Source of the DNA: Leucoraja erinacea
Taxonomy: Eukaryota
DNA: 64,000 bases
NCBI RefSeq assembly: GCF_028641065.1
Contig: NC_073384.1
Location: forward strand, 10,292,001-10,356,000
Direction of reading: 5' to 3'
Part shown: positions 1-12,306 of the stretch, piece after piece
Layout of the letters: each line of letters begins with the position of its first letter
How positions within the stretch are numbered: the stretch's first letter is position 1
Position numbers and translations under genes: made by a program
The notes under the pieces: generated by a model
What the model saw: the letters and a program-made list of their open reading frames with translations, nothing else
Databases searched by the model: none
What the model was told of the DNA's origin: nothing

Positions 1-627
1 CCTTAGGCACAAGGGCCACATCTAACTCCCTCTTAAATATAGCCAATGAACTGGCCTCGACTACCCTCATGGTTGATCATCCAGAATCAGTACCCCGTTC
101 CTGCTTTCTCCCCATATCCCTTGATTCCGTTAGCCCTAAGAGCTTTATCTAACACTCTCTTGAAAACATCCAGTGAACTGGCCTCCACTGCCTTCTGTGG
201 CAGAGAATTCCACAGGTTCACAACTCTCTGGGTGAAAAAGCTGTTCCTCACCTCAGTCCTAAATGGCCTACCCCTTATTCTTAAACTGTAACCCCTGGTT
301 CTGGACTCCCCCAACATCGGGAATATTTTCCCTGCATGTAACCTGACCAATCCCGTAAGAATGTAGGGACCCGAAACGTTATGCATTCATAGAAACATAG
401 AAACATAGAAAATAGGTGCAGGAGTAGGCCATTCGGCCCTTCGAGCCTGCACCGCCATTCAATATGATCATGGCTGATCAACCAACTCAGTATCCTGTAC
501 CTGCCTTCTCTCCATACCCCCTGATCCCTTTAGCCACAAGGGCCACATCTAACTCCCTCTTATATATAGCCAATGAACTGGCCTCAACTACCTTCTGTGG
601 CAGAGAATTCCAGAGATTCACCACTCT
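1..627 (-). mobile_element. CR1/HER1 LINE 3' fragments (two)
   Basis: GESRTRGYSLRIRGRPFRTEVRNSFFTQRVVNLWNSLP, with an ATAGAAAC tail repeat at 389-412. Confidence 0.85.
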
Positions 628-1084
628 TTCCTTCTATCCAGAGATGCTGCCAGAATTGTGTGTCTCTCTGAAATGTATAGACAAATGGTATGGATCGGGA
701 CACTTGTTCAGACTAATGTAGATCAGTTGAACAAGGGTCTCAATCCAATACATCTGCAGGAAAATTTTCCTCCACAGATGCTGCCTGACACGCTGACTTG
801 ATCCAACACTCTTGTTTTTTGCTCAATTTATGTTGCAAATTTACATTGCGAGGAAACAAGAAGGATTTAGAGGTAGATCTTATCTCCTGCCTTAAGATCT
901 GTCATTAAGATTCTTAAGGAACCAAGATTTGGTTACATAGCACTGTGCCTGCACTTGTTCCTCTCTGTTTGACTGAGTGATTCACCCTGCAACTTGATGT
1001 GCCTGGGACACAAGTCGACACAGCACTGACAACTGACGAAAGATATACTTGGCTTTATTCAAACTCTTACTTGCAAAGCCAAAG

Positions 1085-1565
1085 TACAGATGCGCTGTGG
1101 AAGGCATTTTATCGGGATGTATCACAGCTTGGTTTGGGAACAGCTCCATCCAAGACCGCAATAAATTGCAGAGAATTGTGGACGCAGCCCAGACCATCAC
1201 ACAAACCAACCTCCTTTCCATTGACTCCATTTATACCTCACGCTGCCTCGGCAAGGCCAGCAGCATAATTGAGGATGGGTCGCACCCACTCCCTCCTCTT
1301 CCCTCTCCCGTCAGGCAAAAGGTATAGACGTGTGAAAACGCACACCTCCAGATTCAGGGACGGTTTCTTCCCAGCTATTATGATGTAACGGAATCATCCT
1401 ACCACAATTAGGGAGCAGTTCTGAACAACGTTCGACCTCATTGGTGATCCTTGAACTGTCTTTGATCAGACTTTACTGGCTTTACCTTGCACTAAACGTT
1501 ATTCTCTTATCATGTATCTATACACTGTAAATGGCTTGATTATAATCATGTTTTGTCTTCCTGCT
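1085..1565 (+). mobile_element. Rex1/Babar-like LINE 3' fragment
   Basis: YRCAVEGILSGCITAWFGNSSIQDRNKLQRIVDAAQTI. Confidence 0.7.
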
Positions 1566-2721
1566 TTTTTTAAACATTGTGATGATGCCTGCCTTAACTA
1601 CCTCCTCTGGCAGCTAGTTCCATATACATGTACCTACCACCTTTTATGTAAAACAATTGCCGCTCTGGTTATATTAAATCTTTCCCCCCTCACCTTAAAC
1701 ATATGTCGTCTGGTTCTAAATTCCCCTACATTGGGTAAACGACTGCGCATTCACCCTATCTATTCCTCTCGTGATCTTATACACCTCCATGAGAGCACTC
1801 CTAATCCTCCTGCGCCGCAAGGAATAAAGCCCTATCCCGCTCAACTTCTCCCTGTAGCCCAAGCCTTCGAGTTAACTTATGATGCCAGAGAAGTTGCTCA
1901 GCTGTAATTAAAACCTATTGTAAAGAGAAGACAATCTGAAATAGACATGTGTCTTCTTAATGAAGATTAGCTATGGCCCATAGTGAAGTGTCTTTACATT
2001 TCTCAATACAGCTGGAATTTTGGTCAGAGAGTAAAATGCACTTTTGTTTGGCTTCTCCGAAATGTTCAAGAAAGAACTGCAGATGCTGGAAAATCGAAGG
2101 TAGACAAAATTGCTGGAGAAACACAGCGGGTACGACAGCATCTATGGAGCGAAGGAAATAGGCAAAGTTTCGGGCCAAAACCCTTCTTCAGACTGATATA
2201 GGGTGGGGGGGACATGAAGAAGAAAGAAAGAGGAGGAGCCAGAGGGCTGTGGGAGAGCTGAGAAGGGGAGGAGAGCAAGAGCTACCGAAAATTGGAGAAG
2301 TCAATGTTCAGGCCACTGGGATGCAGACTGCCCATTGCTCTTAGGAAATAACAGGAGAAGACTTTCCATGCAGCGTAAATGTGCAAGGGAATGAAAATCC
2401 ACCTGTTCAGCATTCAATAGATCATTCTCTACAATTTTCACCACCTTCAAGGAGATCCCACCATCAGGAATATCTTCTCCTCTACTTCCATTTCAGAATT
2501 TCTCAGGGATTGTTCTTTTCCTGACTCCCTGGATCCATTTTTCCATCCCCGCAAACAATGTCCGCCCCCTCCGAACGGCAGTTTATGAGTGTAGATGACG
2601 CAGCACTTGTCCTTTCATCTCTTCCCTTCCCAGACAATCACAATCACAATCACGATCACAATAATACTTTATTAGCCAAGTCTGTTTTGCAACATACGAG
2701 GAATTTCATTTGCCAAGGCAG

Positions 2722-5700
2722 TCATCTCTTCTCCTTGCGAATGAAACATAAACCAAAGGAATAGTTAGATCTCAAGCCGGGTGTTGAGCAGCCAGGTTGT
2801 TGTCTCTGCGTCAATGTCTGCCAGGCCCTGAGCTCCATTTGGTGGGTGGTAGAGCGGGCACCCAGAGATGACATGGTTGGCTGTCTGTTGTTCTGCTCCG
2901 CATTCACAGGCTGGGCTCTGGCGGAGGGAGCCCCCATCTCCACACGCTGGCATTGAAACGCCCAACTCCAGTACCAAGTCTGTTGAGCTTCACCCATCCA
3001 CGCTCCTCTGGGGAGGTCAGACCCTGGACAGCTTTTATCTGGTGAAGAGATGTAGCTGTGTAATGGAGATGAGGTTGCCTTCCACTCCTGTGACCACTTG
3101 GTGGCTATCCAGTGTGCTTTTGTCTCAGTTGGCTGGATGGATGCTAGGAGTTGTTTTCCATGTGGAGCAAAGGGGTGACGGGACTTCAGTCGGGGTGGCC
3201 TCTGCTCTCTGCTGATAGCCTGATGGAGGAGGTGATCTGGGTCCATGGCATGACGAGATAGTGCCAGAGTTGCTGCTTGCCTTTGGATCCCTGCAGGCGG
3301 AATGCCTGCAAGTATAGGGAGCTGTTCGACTGGAGTAGGTTGAAGGCACCCAGTGATGGTTCACAAGGTGCTGTTCAGGCTCGTGTCTACCAGGCTAGTA
3401 TGTCTACTTCTACTCCATATGGGTGCGTAGTACTCAGCTGGAGCATACACAAGAGCTAAGGCAGAGGTGCGAAGACTTGATAGACTGGCTCCCCAACTTG
3501 TTCCTGCCAGGTGGCGGATGAGGTCACTACGTGCAATGTTGCGGAGACCAGCCAGGATTGATGAAATGTAAGCAATGTCCAGCTTTACGCTGAGGTGGGC
3601 GGGTTTAAAACGCGACTTTCACTAGGCTGTTGCAATCGAAAATGTTCAGCCTAGTAAATCATTAACGAAAATTCACTGAAAGACCCCGTCGCAAAAGGTA
3701 TTATTAGTTTTTATGGCCTTGTATAATAGTTATAGTAGTTTAAAAATCACTCTCTAAACCCGCGACCTCTCGCAGCCCCAGGGTTTTATAAAGCAAACAA
3801 TTAAAGGTATGTACCTTATTTTTACATTAAAAAGGGCTTCTTTATAACCCTTTATACAAAGTTACTATTGCGAGTAGCTAATTTTGGGCTCTTTATATCC
3901 CGCAGTATTTTTCTGGGCATTTGAGGGCACAAATCTAGCGCAATGTGAACATTCTAAACCAGCGCGTTCACAGGAACCCACTAGAAAGCTGATTTAAAAT
4001 GGACTTTAATTTACAGCAATTGAACACTAAATTCCTTCCATTTGGCCTATAAATTAATGTAAATGAGATTTCAAAATCATGTTTTATTGAGAATTATTTA
4101 TTAATATTATTTGGACACAGGCTATTTAAAAATGTTAATCATTTATTAAGAAATGGATAGATGTTTAGATCTAGTAATTGAAGTTTGAAATTAGCTACAC
4201 TTGGGTAACTAACTAATTATATGTTTTAATTTCAGGTCATCCAAGTAAGATTATTTTATATTTGGTTCAGAATGGTTCAATCTACGATAACTGAAAATTG
4301 CATTCAGTTCTCTTAATTTTTAAGAAGGTTATGGGCTTTTGACTGTCCACGATCACAGCTTTTTTGTTATGTCCATAGAAAATCAATAGGGAACAAGATG
4401 CTAATTTCCGAGTATGAAAATGGCCATAACTTTTTAAATACTTGAGATATGAAAGTGAATTAGGTGTCAAATTAAACTTCTTTTTATGCTTTATCTGATG
4501 GGATAAATTACAGACTTGATTTTTTAATTCTCAAAATTGCTAGGTATACTGCCAACTTCCCCAGGTCTTGACTCAAGGAGTTTTCGATTGTATTCCACTC
4601 TTTCTTTTTTTTTTTCCTTTCTTATTTATTTTATTAGAAGTATGTACAGTAATGTGGCACCGAGGTGCCTAATATATATTGGCATGTTACATTTTATGTA
4701 CAACTTCATTTTTATTTATTTTTTAATAATAAAAGAGAGAAAGAGAGAATAGATAATAAAAAATAGAAAAACGTGTGATATATGGTGCGTGAAAAGGAAA
4801 AGGGAGGAAAGAGAGAACGTGAGGGAAAAACAAGGAGAGAGAAAGAGAAAGAGTAGAAAGTAGGAGATTATAGGAGATAGGTATTTATAATCTTGACCAT
4901 CCTTCTCCCAGTCCTGAAACAATCGTCTTCCACTCTCTGTGTCTCATCAGGATGGCTAGATCGTCAGCATACCCATATTTTCCAGCGATGGTCTCTGGGA
5001 GGTCATGGATGTACACGTTGAAAAGCAGCGGAGCCAAGACGGAACCCTGTGGGACACCATTCTTCAGTCTGCTGAGCCTACTCTGCTGTCCATCACTAGT
5101 CGCAAGCACAAAGCTGCGGTTTGATATCAACTTCATGATGTAGCGTACCATGCGCCTGCCTGGCAGTGCCTGAAGTAGCATTGCAGTTAGTCCCCGGTGC
5201 CACACGGTGTCAGATCTATAACAACAGCTCCTGCCGTCTCGTTTGCCCCAAAGCAGTCCTCGATGTCTTGGGCGGGGAGGCTTACCTGGTCCACAGTAGA
5301 TCGACCTTGGCAGAAACCAGTCTGCTCGTGGGGTAGTTGAGGGTCTATGATGGGTTTGATATGCCCGTGGATCCGCCTCTCAAGGAGTTTGTATGGGATA
5401 CAGAGCAGCGAGATGGGCCGGAAGCTTTTAGGATCATCCTTTGGCTTGTTCGGCTTTGGGAGAGCGATGACTGTTGCACGACGCCAGATCTTTGGCATTT
5501 TGCATTTCTCCATGGAGGTTGGCGGGTACTGTCGGATCCAGTTGGTAGCAACTTCTCCAGAATGTAGTAGAAACTCCAGGTGCATGCTGTCAGATCCTGG
5601 CTCCTATCCTGCTTTCAACATCTTGAGTGCTGTGGCCATTTCCTTGGAGGTGAAAGCCATTGTTAGGTCCGTATCCACTCTCTCAATTTTCCATCACTCG

Positions 5701-5845
5701 GCCACCTCTTTGCTCACTTCGCACGAGAAATCATGGTCAGAGTTTGTGAATCGACCATTCTTGACTAGTTGAGATGGGATTGCGTTGGTGGTGACTGGGC
5801 ATTTTCCGTGTTTGGATGTAGCTCTGTCGGTCAGGGGGTTGACTG
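2722..5845 (-). mobile_element. Degenerate Ingi/Vingi-like (I-group) LINE interrupted by two insertions
   Basis: RT motifs WRRATVIALPKPNKPKDDPKSFRPISLLC, NGVPQGSVLAPLLFNVY and YADDLA. C-terminal RLKSRHPF and CECGAEQQTANHVISGCP. 3' end ...CGCAAGGAGAAGA. Frameshifted. Confidence 0.7.
4590..4925 (-). mobile_element. Poly(A)-tailed LINE 3' end (L1/Tx1-like) nested in the Vingi-like element
   Basis: T-rich tail with TTTATT at ~4600-4635 (poly(A) and AATAAA on the minus strand), a purine-rich 3'UTR-like stretch, and a short coding remnant. Confidence 0.4.
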
Positions 5846-7080
5846 TAGAACACACTAAACACATTTTTAACATAAACATCCATCACAGTGACTCCTCCAC
5901 ATTACTCACTGTGATGGAACGCGAAAAAAGTTCAATCTTTTCCCTTTGCTCTCCCACGGTCAGGGGCCTTGAACCAGGGTGATCTGACTCCCTTAGCCGG
6001 CACGTTTTGGCCCTGCACATCGGGGAGATCAGCTCCTGCATCGGGGCGATGTCAGCTCCTCCGTGCTGGACGATCGAACCCCGCGTCGGTGCGGGTCGAG
6101 CCTCTGCGTTCGTTGGAGCTCCTGACGTCCACGGCCTCTCCCGAGACTGCAAGCTCTCGATACAAAGTCCGCAGGCCACAGTTGGAGCGATCCCAGGCAA
6201 GTGATTGACTCCGATGTAAAGTCCTCGCCCCGCGGTGGGGCCCAAGGTCAGTCCGAGGAGGCCTCCAGCTCCATCAATGGTAGGCCGCAGAGTGACCGGA
6301 GAATGCGATCCGGAAAGTAATCGCATCGCCGGCTGGTAAGAAACTGAAAAAAATGTTTCCCCCAACCTCCACCACCTGCCCCCCACATAAAACAAACTGG
6401 AGACCATTTATACAAACTTTTAACATACACTAAACATTAAAAAAAAGATGAAAAAACAGACAGACTATTGGCGGGGCTGCCAATCATGCGGTGCCCCTTC
6501 TGGATGTGATGTTGAATTCAATATCTTCAGGTAACATGATTTCTGTCTGTATCAGTTGGCTTTCCATGATATTGGGTCAGCCTATGTGTGTTTTTGTTTA
6601 TTTATTGTTCTCCGGGAATGCCAAGTCTAACTGGCCAGACGTGTCCTCCTGCTCTGGATTTTACAACTCTGACATCCATTTGTCTATGTGTAGGAAGGAA
6701 CTGCAGATGCTGGTTTAAACAGAAGATAGACACAAAAAGCTGGAGTAACTCAGCTGGTCAGACAGCATCTCAGGAGAAAAGGAGTAGGTGATGTTTCAGG
6801 TCGAGACCCTTCTTCAGACTGAGAGTCAGGGGTACTATGTTCCTTTGTCTATGCTTTCACTTTACTTATTCCCGTCTACTCACTGACCAGATGACCTTAT
6901 TTCCATCTTATCGTCATGGTCACCCCAATTCAACTCTAACATTGATGTTCCTAAATTCCACACCCCCCTCCTCTACCCCTTCATGTTCCCCCCCCCCTTT
7001 TTATCATGTAGTGCAGTGGAGTGGGGTCCCCTTCTCTCCCAATCTCTCCCCTTCTCATTTTGATTGGTTCTCTTTCAGGA

Positions 7081-7197
7081 CTCCCCCCTTCTCCCCCTCT
7101 CTCCCCTTCCTCTCCCCTTCTCCCCTTCTCTCCCCTTCTCTCTCCTTCTCTCCCCCTCTCTCCCCTTCTCTCCCCTTCTCCCCCCCCTCCCCCCTCT
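7081..7197. repeat. (CTCTCCCCTT)n pyrimidine tract
   Basis: Seen directly in the sequence. Confidence 0.9.
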
Positions 7198-7326
7198 AAA
7201 GGGCTTACCTTACACTGTGCAGCCGTTTTACCTTCTTCTTCATCGTGGGTGTGAATTTCAGACAGCGCTCCCCCGGTTTTCCTAACTCCCGACTTTGCGA
7301 TGTGTTTGTTTGTGTGCGCGGTCAGT

Positions 7327-8187
7327 CGATCCAGCTTGCGGTTTCAGCGCGGACGGTCGATCCAGCTCGAGGTTTTCCAGGCGAATGCCCTCGAGCTTGA
7401 AGGTCGAAGACACTCTTCTGGACTCGCGGATTAGGTCGCCCAAGTGGGACAGCCCCTTAACTCTCCTTCATGCTCAAGAGTAGTCCCTGCGTACTCGAGG
7501 CCTCGGCTAGGTCGTGGTGTATTTTTCAACATTGTTGAAAAATGCCCACGAGTAAAAAAAGGTCGCCATGGAAAAAATCAATACTTCTTTTACTCGTAGG
7601 TTTAGTCGAAGTAGGTCGTAGTAGGTCGGCATGTTATTCGTAGGTAATCGAGGGTAGTCGAAGATAATCAAAGGTAGTCAAAGGTAGTCGTAGATAGTCT
7701 TCATCATAGTTGAAGGGAGGTCAAAGGAGATCATCTTCACTCTCCACTGTTCGGTGTCGAACTTTCCTGAAGTTAGTCGTATCTAATCGTAGCTAGTCGA
7801 AGCTGGTCTTCAACATAGTCGAAGGAGGTTGAAGGAGGTCTTCCACATGTCATTTTTTCAAACTCTCCTAAACTCATCTAAACTCGCCAATTAGGTCGCC
7901 TACGAGTAACATGCCGACCTACTATGACCTACTTCGACTAAACCTACGAGCAAATAAAATATCGATTTTTTCCATGCCGACCAATTTTTACTTGCGGAGA
8001 ATTTTCAGCATGCTAAAAAATACTCCTCGACCAAACTGAGGCCTCAAGTATGCGGGAACTTCTCTCGAGCATGAAGGAAAGTTACATAGACGTCCTAGGA
8101 CCACTTGTCGACCATGCTGCGAGTTTTGAGTCGAGCGTAAACTCTTCTAAACTCACAAATTAGGTCCCCGCAGTGGGACAGCCCCTT
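7327..8187. repeat. Composite MITE-like repeat with GTGGGACAGCCCCTT ends and ~190-bp inverted arms
   Basis: Arms ~7460-7645 and ~7899-8085 are reverse complements. Internal GTAGTCGAAG-type repeats. A second copy is at 13516-14170. Confidence 0.7.
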
Positions 8188-8668
8188 TACATCACCAGAG
8201 ACCCAGGTTTGATCCTGCCAGAGTAGATGAATCGAGGACAAGAGGACATAGGTATAACGTGAAGGGGAAAAGATTTAAGAGGAATCTGAGGGGTAACCTT
8301 TTCACACAAAGGATGGTGGGTTTATGGAACAAGCTCCCGAGGAGGTAATTGAGGCTGGGACTATCCCAATGTTTAAGAAACAGTTCGATAGGTACATGGA
8401 TAGGACAGGTTTGGAAGTATATGGACCAAACATAGGCAGATGGGACTAGTGTAGCTGGGACATGTTGGCCAGTGTGGGCAAGTTGGGCCAAAGGATTTAT
8501 GACTCTACGGGTGCTGTCAGTACAGACTTTGTACGTTCTCCCTGTGATCACGTGGGGTTTTCTCCAGGTGCTCCGGTTTCCTCTCACACTCCAAATACGT
8601 ACAGGATTGTAGGTAATTGGCTTTTGTTTAAAACATGTAAATTGTCCCTAGTGTGTGGGATAGTGTTA

Positions 8669-8976
8669 AGGGCCTGTCCCACTTGGGGATAATTTGCGCG
8701 TAATTTACGTGACATAATTTACACGTCACGACACACGTGATGCGCACGTGGTGCTCAATACGTGTGCATGGTGCACATTACGCGTGCATGGTGTGAGGTG
8801 ACGTAGGCAGTGATGTGCAGTGCCCGTGGCATTTTGGGATGTACAGTCGCCATCTGCATGTGGCAAATGACGCCCCAGGGATTTGTATGGGATGTACAAA
8901 ATCAAAGGAGATCATCTTCGCTCTCCATCTGCAACTTTCCTGACGCGCAAAATGACGCCCAAGTGGGACGGAGGCC
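8669..8976. mobile_element. MITE with GGCCTGTCCCAC termini inserted in a SINE
   Basis: Left end AGGGCCTGTCCCACTTGGG..TTTGCGCGT is inverted relative to right end ACGCGCAAAATGACGCCCAAGTGGGAC.. . SINE sequence continues on both sides. Confidence 0.65.
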
Positions 8977-9691
8977 AAACCTTAGTGTAAACTGCGGGCC
9001 TATAACGCTGGTCAGCGCCAGACTCGAAAATTTTCAGCGAGCCACCAGGGCCTATTTCTGCACTGTATGTTGTCTAATGCTCTAACAGTCTAAAAAAGTC
9101 TAAAACCATCTAAAAAATATTGCAAGAATCAAGGGATTTCTGTCCAAAGAAGACACTGAAAAACTTGTTCATGCATATATTTTTAGTAGGTTAGATTATT
9201 GTAATGGCATCTTTACAGGTCTCAATAAAAAATCAATTAAACAACTGCAGCTTATCCAAAATGCCGCTGCCAGAGTCTTGACCAACACCAAGAAAATGGA
9301 CCACATTACACCTGTCCTTAAATCTTTGCACTGGCTTCCTGTGTGTAAGAGGATAGATTATAAAATTCTGTTGCTGACCTACAAGACACTGAATGGTCTA
9401 GGTCCAAAATACATCTCTGACCCACTTGTTGTATATGAGGCGCCTAGACTCCTCAGGTCTTAAGGGACAGGTTTACTCTGTGTTCCCAGGGTCAGAACTA
9501 AAAAGGCTGAAGCAGCATTCGGTTTTTATGTTCCACACCTGGGGAACAAGCTCCCTGAACACCTGAGGTGTGCACAGACTGTAAGCGCATTTAAATCAGG
9601 TCTAAAAACACTGTTGTTTACTATAGCTTGTCCATAACCCGACATGCAGGTAATCTTAACCGTCTAATTTTAACCCTTTTATGTGCTTTTA

Positions 9692-12306
9692 CAGTTTTTG
9701 TCAATCGCTTTGACACTAGCTTCAGAACTTTGATGTCATTTTTCACAACTCTAGATACAAAACTCAAAACGGCCACCACTTGTATCACAGGCTGTCCAAC
9801 GTTCAAAACATTGCATTGTGTATTCATATCTTTAAAGAAAGCTTGCACTCACAGAATCATTGGTTCAAACAACTCATTTATCATGAAATCCCATAGGGAC
9901 ATTTCTTTAGATCACCCACACACAACATACACATAGTTTCACTGTTTAGTTGTTCGTACAGCCATTTAATATTGTAGTACAAAATATGTGATACATGTTT
10001 CATCCTGTGCTACACGTAATGTCACTGTAAAAGGATTAGTAGAGAGAATACCACAGACACAGTGGAATCATTGAACAAAGCTGAAATTTATTGATGAATA
10101 CAAACTAAATGACAACATAGGTTGAATGAAAGCAACAATTACTGTAACAAAACAAAAAAAAAGTCCTACAAAACAAACTGCCGTGTTCCTCACCTGGTTA
10201 CTGTACAGTAAGAAAAAAAAGCTAAACAAAGGATCAACAATCACTCGTCATCCCCCATCAACCCTGTCTTGTGGATTGGGCCACAGGTTCTCATCCACAT
10301 CCGCATAGATGTTTTCGTTTGCCAAACATCTTGGAAAGTACCTTCGCGCATGGCGAATCCAGGCCTGACACTGGTCTGCTGTAATGTCATCGCAGGCATT
10401 GTCCATGGCCTGAAGAAGGGTCACTTGTTGATGCGGATGCCGATCATACACTTTCCACCTCCATGTGGAGAAAAATTCCTCAATGGGGTTAAGGAAAGGA
10501 GAGTATGGGGGCAAGTACACAGTGAGGAACTGTGGATGGGCCTGAAACCATGCCTGCACCAGATGAGCGTGGTGGAACCTGACGTTGTCCCACACAATGA
10601 CATAAATTACACCAACAGCTCTACAGACTAGAGTTAGCTCATCAAGAAATGCAATAAGGCGCTCTGCATTATATGCGCCAATCAGAGATCTACGCCCTAC
10701 CACACCATCTTCTGATATCGCCGCACACATACTGATGTTGGCCCCACGTCGTGCAGGTACTTGTATGGTTGCCCGCTGGCCAATTAAATTTCGCCCTCTC
10801 CTCCTTGTCCTGGCCAGGTTGAAGCCTGCCTCATCCACAAAAACAAATTTGTGATGATTTTCATCCGCATCCAGGGCCATCACCCTCTATGTACAAAAAT
10901 ACATGTTGGAAAGAGAATTACTGTACAGTATTGATTACAGTACAATGATGGGGAATTTTTCACAAACAGGCATCATGAAACTGAACATACCTGAACATAC
11001 TCAATCCTCAGTTGCTTCACTCTGTCTGCATTTCTTTCAAAAGGCACACGGTACAACTGTTTGAGGGACACCTGGTGCCTTTTCAGAACACTTGCAATGG
11101 TCGGCAAACTTATGGCTTCCACATTCCTGAAGAGATCTTCATCGTCCAGGATGTTCTGTCTGATTTCTCTAAGCCGAATGTCATTTCTGGCCCGGACCAT
11201 GTTGACCACAGCCCGTTCCTGTTCCTCAGTGAGGAGTCTGCCTCTGCCTCCACTATTGGGTCTAGTCTCAATTCTGTAGGGAATATGACAGGAAGAACAT
11301 GTCATCATACTGTAGAACACATTTTCATAGTCACATTACCTACTCTGTGCTGCACATTGGCATGCAGTGTACAATCATTTGACAATTACAGTAAGAGTAG
11401 CCTACAGTACTGTAATGTTTACTGTAGTGCATGCTGAAGACTTACCGGTTCTCATTGCGGAAAGTTCTAATGATTGAGGCCACGGTTGATCTTTTAAGGT
11501 TTGGTTGTATCATTCTCGCTGCCTCAATCATTGTCATGCCATGATTGATGACATGATCTACAACCATTGCTCTAATCTCATTGGAGACTCTTTGCCGTTG
11601 CTGTCTTGGTCCTTGTCCTCGACCCCGTTCCCCCACACCTCTCAAACGGGGCCCATGGCCACCTCTCAAACGGGGCCCATGGCCACCTCTCAAACGGGGT
11701 GCTTGTCCCCTGCCATTCCTTTGACCACGTCTTCCTCCTCTCCTCCTCTCTCCTTCTCCTACTTGACCTCTATGGTGCCCACCTGCCTGCTCCATGTTGT
11801 ATCACTACAGATGTTGTTGTGGATGTTGTCCACTTACACCCATACCACAAGGTCAGATCAATCATCAGTAACAAATTGGTGTCACAGGTGGTGTCAATCA
11901 TTGTCGTCATCCTGAAACTTTCATGATCTGAACATGCTCATCCTCAGTTTCCATAAGACTATGCTTTAAGAGTAATGCAACAGTTACTTGTCATTTTGAG
12001 CAGTTGTATCAATTGATAGTTAGATTATTGTAATGAAATGAATAGACAGTCATCTCAAATGTAATGTGTGAATTGCATTTTGAAATGGTTATACTTTGAT
12101 GTTAAGTTGTGTCATTTTGAACAGGTGATTATAGTTCAATGGACAAATGATCTTTGGTTTATGTGAATTGTATCCAAGAAATTGGAAAAAGTGTTAGAGT
12201 TTTGCAAAAAGTGCATTTTGATCATTGGTTGTGAGTTTTGTATCTAGAGTTGTGAAAAATGACATCAAGGTTCTGAAACTAGTGTGAAAGCGATTGACAA
12301 AAACTG
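9692..12306 (-). mobile_element. Full-length IS630-Tc1-mariner DNA transposon (2615 bp)
   Basis: TIRs of ~75 bp starting CAGTTTTTGTCAATCGCTTT (9692-9766 vs 12232-12306, 3 mismatches). Flanked by TA at 9690-9691 and 12307-12308. Encodes a DDE transposase. Confidence 0.93.
10248..11795 (-). CDS. Spliced DD35E transposase, 3 exons (11795-11446, 11273-10991, 10886-10248), 423 aa
   Basis: Intron 1 is 11445-11274 (CG|GTAAG...CTACAG|A, phase 2). Intron 2 is 10990-10887 (CAG|GTATGT...CATAG|AGG, phase 0). The joined frame is open: HTH-like N-terminus, FVDEAGF, IVWDNVRFH and LPPYSPFLNPIEEFFS, with 35 residues between the second D and the E. Minus-strand AATAAA at 10087-10092. Confidence 0.88.

Noticed and set aside
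7595-7900. Short periodic repeats (GTAGTCGAAG-like) read as a CRISPR array
   Set aside because: No constant repeat with unique spacers, no cas genes, and a eukaryotic context.
10248-11795. Bacterial IS630 contamination or programmed frameshift
   Set aside because: The ORF pieces are separated by GT-AG introns, and the element is inserted at a TA inside a vertebrate L2 LINE.
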